NCBI GenBank assembly: GCA_043797125.1
Contig: JAZDPX010000006.1
Location: 70,921 to 134,920 of the forward strand
Length of the DNA stretch: 64,000 nucleotides
Direction of reading: 5' to 3'
Source of the DNA: Candidatus Omnitrophota bacterium
GTDB lineage: Bacteria; Omnitrophota; Gorgyraeia; JABMRG01; JAFGKX01
The first letter of the stretch is position 1; every line of letters starts with the position of its first letter. The position numbers and the translations under genes were made by a program. Below, piece after piece: positions 58,342-64,000 of the stretch. Below the pieces are notes generated by a model. The model was not told the DNA's origin and ran no database searches. It was given only the letters and a program-made list of their open reading frames with translations.

Positions 58342-59348
58342 TATAAAACCTTTCCTTTTTTATCAACTACGCATAAAATGCGCATTTTGCTCTTTTTATT
58401 ATTCAGCTTGGCGTTGCATTGAATCGTAAAATTTTCAGAATACACAACTAAATCCTTTTCAGAAACCGCGGCGGTAAGCTGCGCTGCCTCAAAATCCCCG
58501 AGATTAAAGACCTGGCTTAAAGTCAGCACTATCCCTTCGCTAGATTCAAAGACAAAGTCATCCTCGGTCCCCTCCAGCTTATCCGCGCCGCAGCGAAAAG
58601 CCAGAATCTTTTGCACGACATCATTATTTAAACCCAATGAATATAATACCGCTGCGGGAGCGGTATTTATATTCATTTTACCTTCCCCGTAAACAGTGAT
58701 ATAATCGCGCACCCTGTCAAATATTTCGTTGGTCATACCTTTGACCAGCAAGACCTCTTCAAGCGCCTCAAAATCGCCGTCCTTCGCCTCATAGGGATGC
58801 GAAAGATACCTGTAGTAAGAATCCTCGGCGCTGCCTATGGGTATAGATAGGTTTCCGTCGCCGTCCTGCCAGTCAATAATAGAAGCGGCTAATTCTTGGG
58901 CTTGAGTTTCCTCAAGGCCGAGCACACTTTTAAAAAGCTTCTGTATCATTGGCCTGGACGCCTTGTTTAAATTTATCTTTCTCTCCTCGTCAATAAGCCC
59001 GTATCTTGTTTTTATGGAACGCGTCTTTTTATCAACATAATTGTACGAGATAGAAAAAGTCCCGTCGCCAAGCCTTACGTTTTTAAACTGTGCCGCATTA
59101 TCGCTCCAGTCGCTTCTCAGACAATCGTATGAGGCCGCCTCTGCCCCTTCAGAATTACGGTCTGCCCTTATTTTCGAGTGCGCGTATTTTACACCGGCCT
59201 CGGCTATAGCCCGCAACTTGGCTTTGTCATTAAGCCTATAGACAAGGGTGGTTCTTTGCCTCACCTGGTAGCCTAAAATCAAGGCAAACGCGGATAAAAG
59301 AGAAAGCGCCCAGAGCGTAACCAACAATATGCTTGCTGTCTTTTTCAT
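58326..59348 (-). CDS. gspK: T2SS minor pseudopilin GspK
   Basis: ASILLVTLW start, DEERKINLN, IIDWQD.D, EEVLLVKGM, MNINTA. Confidence 0.92.
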   Translation of the reverse strand: MKKTASILLVTLWALSLLSAFALILGYQVRQRTTLVYRLNDKAKLRAIAEAGVKYAHSKIRADRNSEGAEAASYDCLRSDWSDNAAQFKNVRLGDGTFSISYNYVDKKTRSIKTRYGLIDEERKINLNKASRPMIQKLFKSVLGLEETQAQELAASIIDWQDGDGNLSIPIGSAEDSYYRYLSHPYEAKDGDFEALEEVLLVKGMTNEIFDRVRDYITVYGEGKMNINTAPAAVLYSLGLNNDVVQKILAFRCGADKLEGTEDDFVFESSEGIVLTLSQVFNLGDFEAAQLTAAVSEKDLVVYSENFTIQCNAKLNNKKSKMRILCVVDKKGKVLYWQES

Positions 59349-59352
59349 AAGA

Positions 59353-59949
59353 TCATCCGCCCGCCGGAATGTTCACCGTTCTTGTGAGCTTTTCCTCTGT
59401 AGCGCCGTTTTTAAGCTCTAATATTATCCTGACAGCCAGAGGCAGCTTTTCGTCGCGCCAGTCTTGCGCCCAGTTATACTTTTTCGCTGTCTCGTCGTAA
59501 AAATAATATTCAAACTTCAGATACTTAACTTTGGCAATGGCCTGTTTTGAACTTGAGCCCTTTCTCTGATAAGCTAAAGAGTAATCAGCCTCTTGCCTGT
59601 TAAGGATGTTTTTATAAGCATCATAGGAATAGGTTATCCTGCCCACACTCCTTTTGCCTAAGGCCGGGCTGTTAACAAGCGCGGCAAATTCAAGGCCCTG
59701 GCTTTTGCCCTTAAAATCAATGCCTGTAAATTTGAAACTTGTTTTTATGTCCGAGGAAAATCTCTCAAAAAATATCACTAAGTCCTCTTCCTCAACGGGC
59801 TTATTCAGCTTGTGCCATATCTTAAGCCCGCTGCTTAAGGTGCTGTATATTGCCGTAGAAATAACAGATAATATTATTGTGACAATAAGCATCTCCATCA
59901 AGGTCATGCCAGAACTTGTGACTTTATTATGCCTTTTCTCTGTTCTCAT
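59353..59949 (-). CDS. gspJ: Minor pseudopilin GspJ-like
   Basis: Prepilin site G|MTLMEMLIV; C-terminal W....LP.AVRI. Confidence 0.8.
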   Translation of the reverse strand: MRTEKRHNKVTSSGMTLMEMLIVTIILSVISTAIYSTLSSGLKIWHKLNKPVEEEDLVIFFERFSSDIKTSFKFTGIDFKGKSQGLEFAALVNSPALGKRSVGRITYSYDAYKNILNRQEADYSLAYQRKGSSSKQAIAKVKYLKFEYYFYDETAKKYNWAQDWRDEKLPLAVRIILELKNGATEEKLTRTVNIPAGG

Positions 59950-60349
59950 ACGCTATGTAAGTAGTCCTTGTAACGCTTATGCCTCTTTGCGCTTCTTGCC
60001 AAAAAACAGATAAATTAATTTTATACAACCCTTGGTTTGCGTCTATGGCAGAACTTGACAGCTCCCACTGAAAATATTTTCCCTTTTTTTCAAACCCCCC
60101 TGTTTCGCCGACTCCCTCCAAAGTCCCGGCCTGATTTAAATAATCTTCGGCCTGCCAGGCCTTTTCATCCATCCATGGTAGGACGCTTAAATAATGTATA
60201 GAATAATTATACAGGTCAAAAAATAAAAAATACGCCTCGTGAATCAAAACAGCGCCCATCGATAGAATTGCTGTTGTTACAATCACCTCCAAGAGGGTAA
60301 AACCAGCTATGAATTGCTTACACCTTTTACTGCCAATTCGCGATATCAT
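59927..60349 (-). CDS. gspI: Minor pseudopilin GspI-like
   Basis: G|FTLLEVIV; LYKINLSVFW. Confidence 0.75.
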   Translation of the reverse strand: MISRIGSKRCKQFIAGFTLLEVIVTTAILSMGAVLIHEAYFLFFDLYNYSIHYLSVLPWMDEKAWQAEDYLNQAGTLEGVGETGGFEKKGKYFQWELSSSAIDANQGLYKINLSVFWQEAQRGISVTRTTYIAYENREKA

Positions 60350-60752
60350 CGGAGCTTTCTGTTCCGTCTTTGCCTAACGAATACAAATCATAATCCTGCC
60401 TATTTTCTCCGGGAGATTTGTACTCATATCTTTTCCCCCACGGGTCTAACGGCTCTTTCTCTAAATACGGGCCATTCCATTGCTGCGCGGACGGCGGCCT
60501 CTTAAGCAAAGCTTCCAACCCTTCGTCTGTGCTGGGAAAATTACCATTATCCAGTTCGTAAATTTTTAACGCTGTGGCAATATTTGTATTTATGTCCGCT
60601 CTGGCTACGGCGACGCGCGCCTGCTCGCCCCGGCCTGTAAGCCTCGGCATTACCATCGCCACCAGCGCTCCAATAATAATAACTACAAGCATTAGTTCAA
60701 TTAAGGTAAATGCCCTAAGCTCTAAACCATAAACTCTAAATTGTTTTTTCAT
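60327..60752 (-). CDS. gspG: Major pseudopilin GspG
   Basis: FTLIELMLVV, YELDNG.FP, WNGPYL, DPWG..Y.Y, SLGKDG...DDI.NW. Confidence 0.95.
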   Translation of the reverse strand: MKKQFRVYGLELRAFTLIELMLVVIIIGALVAMVMPRLTGRGEQARVAVARADINTNIATALKIYELDNGNFPSTDEGLEALLKRPPSAQQWNGPYLEKEPLDPWGKRYEYKSPGENRQDYDLYSLGKDGTESSDDIANWQ

Positions 60753-61687
60753 TTTTCCTCCCCGTGCCTGTACGAACGCAAAATACCGGTTATATATTCT
60801 TCGCTCATATCGCTGTCATCCTTTATGCTTGCCTCAAGGTATTTTCTCCAGCCTTCAGCAAGCTCTTCCTTATTGCGTATATACGATGGATAGGCAAAAC
60901 TTAGCGCTTCTTCAGCGGTTTTTCCGTCGCGCAGCTGCCTGCAGAATTCCGAAAACATTTCCGCGCCATATCTTTCTATTAAAAAATCTACCAAAGAAAA
61001 AGACCCTATATAAAATACGTCAACAAGCGCTTCTGTATCCAAAAACAGCACTCCGTCCTCGCCCTCTCTTGTTACTGCCGGGCGTATAAATAATCTATTT
61101 TCGCGCTTAAAGTGGGCGCTGTTAATACGCATTAAATCTTTTATTGAAAGCATCTTCCCTTTTTTATGCAACTGGGTGGATATATGCCTTCTTTTATCCC
61201 TTCTTAATTCTTCTGCCCATTGCGCTACGCCCTCATACAGCCAAAGCGGCACCTTACCATTAGCCTGGCCAAGATAGCCCAAGAAAATCATGTGAGCTAT
61301 TTCGTGCGGAAGGATTGATTCAGTAAATTCGGCGTTTAAATTATATCCCGCTATTTCTTTTATATCATAAAAAGCGACGCCGTCAGACCATTGCGGCTGG
61401 TTTGTCCCTTTTATATAAGAGTCGTGATCAGGATAAATGGTAATCTTCACCCTGCTGTTCCACGACCAGAATTTCGAATATTTCGCGTATCCAAACTCAT
61501 CGCCGATATTTCTGTAATAATACTCTGCCTTATCCAATACTTCTTTTGCAAAATTTTTATCGCCGGTGAAACTTACCTTAAAATGCTCGCTTGCGAGCTC
61601 TTCCTGAAAAGCAAGCGCCGTCGCGCTTACGGCAAACAAAACAATCCCCACTAAAAAAAATAAAAATCCCTTAATTTTTTTATACAT
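60749..61687 (-). CDS. Exported peptidase MA-like HExxH protein
   Basis: Signal peptide; LPHEIAH, PLWLYEGVAQ, FLIERYG. Confidence 0.85.
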   Translation of the reverse strand: MYKKIKGFLFFLVGIVLFAVSATALAFQEELASEHFKVSFTGDKNFAKEVLDKAEYYYRNIGDEFGYAKYSKFWSWNSRVKITIYPDHDSYIKGTNQPQWSDGVAFYDIKEIAGYNLNAEFTESILPHEIAHMIFLGYLGQANGKVPLWLYEGVAQWAEELRRDKRRHISTQLHKKGKMLSIKDLMRINSAHFKRENRLFIRPAVTREGEDGVLFLDTEALVDVFYIGSFSLVDFLIERYGAEMFSEFCRQLRDGKTAEEALSFAYPSYIRNKEELAEGWRKYLEASIKDDSDMSEEYITGILRSYRHGEEK

Positions 61688-61725
61688 TTCTTCTCTTCTG
61701 TTTCTGCGTAAGTATATCGACTCGG

Positions 61726-61755
61726 ACGTAGCGCAGGCTTAAGCCTGCGCTACGT
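61726..61755. repeat. GTAG-type REP palindrome, copy 3
   Basis: AC-GTAGCGCAGGCTTAAGCCTGCGCTAC-GT. Confidence 0.9.
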
Positions 61756-61772
61756 TTATAGATGATCGACCA

Positions 61773-63017
61773 TTAATGCGCCATCACATTTATTTCAAAC
61801 ACAGGCAGCAATATCGCCATCACGATAAATCCGACAATCAGGCCCATCACTAAAATCATCAAAGGTTCAAGCAGCGAAACCATCAGCCTTATTGCCTCAT
61901 CCGTATCGCGTTCATAGTAATCCGCTACTTCTGCAAAGGCCTCGTGTAGTTTGCCGGATTCTTCGCCGACGATTACGAGACTGCTCATAAAAGAAGGTAT
62001 GACCTTCGAGCCTTTCAGGCTTTTGCCGAAAGAGCCGCCTGCTTCCAGTTCTTTGCGGCTTGAGCTTAATTTTGTTTTTATAATCTCGTTTCCCAAAACA
62101 GGAATAGATATATCAATGGCCTTAAGTACCGGGGTACCGCTTTTTATAAGAAGCTCCATGGTCCTGCCAAAACAGGCAAGTTCCGCCTTAAGCGCAAATT
62201 TTCCATATATGGGCATGTGCAATTTAAGCATGCTTAATAAAAGCCTCCCCGGCCTTGTTTTGTTCTGGGCCTTAATAATTAAAATAAAAGCTGCTAAAAA
62301 CAAGGCTATTGCCGGCCAGCCCTGTTGAAGATAGGAGCTTGTGGAAATTAAAATACGCGTCGGTAAAGGAAGCTTTTGGCCCATATTGGCAAAAATTCCC
62401 ATAAGCCTCGGCATTACATATGTGAGCATAAAAATCACCGTAGAAAGCCCTACAAGAGCCATAAGAACCGGGTATGCCATTGCCATGCGGAAACGCGAAA
62501 CAATATCTTCTTGCTGCGAACGGTATTCAAAAACACGCATAAGCGCGTCGTGCAAAGAACCGCTGTCTTCTCCCGCGCGTATAACAGCTCCATAAATAGA
62601 AGGAAAAACCTTTGGATAACGCTCAAGGGTAGATGAAAAGGTGGCGCCGTCCTTTATGGCATTGTGCATATCCAAAAGCAAGGCCCTTAGTTTAAGGTTG
62701 TCGGTTTGTTCTGAAATTATATTAAGCCCGTCTAATATAGGGACCCCTGATTTTAATAAGCTTGCCAATTGCCTGCTAAAAATGGTAATCTCGCGATTTC
62801 TTATCCTGCCTGATGGCAGTTTAAAAGAAACAGGCTTACGATAAGCGTTATGATAAACAGGCGCTATAATTTCCTCAGCGGTAATTTCTTCTATAGACAC
62901 GGGCAGATAACCCATCCGGCTGATTTTATCAATGGCCTCTGCTTCTGACTGGGCATGTATCCGGTCTTCTCTTACATCCTGCGGCCCTTTTTTAGCTTTG
63001 TATTTATATATCGGCAT
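61773..63017 (-). CDS. gspF: T2SS/T4P platform protein GspF/PilC
   Basis: FSRQLASLLKSGVP, AGEDSGSL, AMAYP, GEESGKL, LLEP. Confidence 0.95.
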   Translation of the reverse strand: MPIYKYKAKKGPQDVREDRIHAQSEAEAIDKISRMGYLPVSIEEITAEEIIAPVYHNAYRKPVSFKLPSGRIRNREITIFSRQLASLLKSGVPILDGLNIISEQTDNLKLRALLLDMHNAIKDGATFSSTLERYPKVFPSIYGAVIRAGEDSGSLHDALMRVFEYRSQQEDIVSRFRMAMAYPVLMALVGLSTVIFMLTYVMPRLMGIFANMGQKLPLPTRILISTSSYLQQGWPAIALFLAAFILIIKAQNKTRPGRLLLSMLKLHMPIYGKFALKAELACFGRTMELLIKSGTPVLKAIDISIPVLGNEIIKTKLSSSRKELEAGGSFGKSLKGSKVIPSFMSSLVIVGEESGKLHEAFAEVADYYERDTDEAIRLMVSLLEPLMILVMGLIVGFIVMAILLPVFEINVMAH

Positions 63018-63051
63018 ATGTAGTCTCCGTCTATTTCAGCATAGCTGAAGT

Positions 63052-63180
63052 TAGAGTATCAGATGATCAGATTACCAGAACAGGATTATCAGAGTATCAG
63101 AGTATCAGATTATCAGAATTTTATCTGATACTCTGATTCTCTGATGTTCTCGTTCTGATACTCTGATTCTCTGATGTTCT
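63052..63180. repeat. Octamer tandem-inverted repeat (TATCAGAG / CTCTGATA)
   Basis: About 7 tcaga units followed by tctgatac/tctgattc units. Confidence 0.8.
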
Positions 63181-63185
63181 AATAC

Positions 63186-64000
63186 CTATATCTTATCCTT
63201 GCACAGCCTTCTTAACCTAACCCTCTCTGAAGCGCTTATATCCATAAAACATACACCAATCTCATATGTTGCCAGCATTGTCTTTTCCAATATCCTCACC
63301 GCTCTCCCTAAACATTCCATTGGTTTTGAGCCGTCAGGCAGTTTCAGGCTTAACTCCAAGAATGAACCTATATCCAACGGTTCATTCGATACAAATGACA
63401 TGCCGCCGGCGCTTATATTTTTTGTAACATTAGCGTAAGTATAGGCGTCCTTGCGGTCGCGCAGATCCTGTTTAGACCTATAAACCTTATAAGTAAAATC
63501 TATATTATAATTTATGCGCACGTAGTCCCTTCTATCAGAAAAATCTTCTTCAGCTTCTTCTTTTTTAACAACGCCTTCGGCTAAGGGTTTAGGAATTTCA
63601 GCTGCGGGCCCACCAAGCGCTATTTCTTCAATTTGAGTCACCCTCATAACTTCTTCGGGCGTGGTTATACCGTCAATAACCTTACGCCAGCCGTCCTGAC
63701 GAAGCGTGCGCATTCCCGAAGCTAAAGCTGTCTTTTTAATCTCGCCGGCAGCAGCCCTTCTTACGATTAAATCTTTTATCTTATCGTCTATCACCAAAAT
63801 TTCATATATAGCGGTCCTGCCGAAAAACCCGGTGAAATTACATTCGTTGCAGCCCTTGCCCCTGTATATCTTGATATCCTTTTCAAGTTTTATTCCTGAT
63901 TCGCCGCTTATCTGCTTTATAAGCTCCTTGCTGTGCTGGCTATCTTCGTATTTGCAATGCGGGCATATAACCCTTACCAAGCGTTGTGCTATGAAAGCCT
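63186..64000 (-). CDS. gspE: GspE/PilB ATPase 3' part with C-terminal PilZ domain; gene starts beyond the window end
   Basis: AQRLVRVICPHC, GCNECNFTGFFGRTAIYE, G.TT.EEV.RV; then PilZ motifs RRDYVR and NISAGG. Confidence 0.92.
   Translation of the reverse strand, partial: AFIAQRLVRVICPHCKYEDSQHSKELIKQISGESGIKLEKDIKIYRGKGCNECNFTGFFGRTAIYEILVIDDKIKDLIVRRAAAGEIKKTALASGMRTLRQDGWRKVIDGITTPEEVMRVTQIEEIALGGPAAEIPKPLAEGVVKKEEAEEDFSDRRDYVRINYNIDFTYKVYRSKQDLRDRKDAYTYANVTKNISAGGMSFVSNEPLDIGSFLELSLKLPDGSKPMECLGRAVRILEKTMLATYEIGVCFMDISASERVRLRRLCKDKI

Noticed and set aside
102-63438. Numerous plus-strand ORFs of 60-250 aa in the ORF track
   Set aside because: Antisense shadows of well-supported minus-strand genes; only 39431-42142 is credible on the plus strand.

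Overview
Bacterial chromosomal window, almost entirely minus-strand, with no rRNA, tRNA, CRISPR array, integrase or transposase detected. Gene content and repeat style suggest Ca. Omnitrophota (PVC superphylum); this is an inference. Both ends carry type II secretion / type IV pilus clusters: secretin-pilP-pilO-pilMN at 1-3.4 kb, and gspE(+PilZ)-F-peptidase-G-I-J-K-pilMN-pilO at 56-64 kb. Between them are long housekeeping runs (lysS-lolCD-ilvE-mcsAB-clpC-mlaEFD-radA-yacL-ispDF-cysES-tmk-holB-ricT-metG-mtnA-thiL-tsaEB-alr-trkA; amidase-murI-queDCEF-fumarase-rph-rdgB), smpB-tmRNA, two nucleotidyltransferase toxin-antitoxin-like pairs and an AsmA-like gene. The top finding is five unrelated accessory proteins: a SAM methyltransferase (split by one TAA), a GNAT, a PPDK-derived dikinase and two HExxH proteases. 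All share a Sec-type signal peptide followed by [small]-L-R-P-[VIA]-[AS] and a C-terminal [AV]-[ILF]-x-x-[AS]-A. This looks like an undescribed bipartite export/effector-targeting code, because three cargoes need cytoplasmic cofactors (SAM, acetyl-CoA, ATP). The window also holds many palindromic and tandem-inverted repeat families, some inserted in-frame in essential genes, and a long tmRNA with a 26-aa tag.
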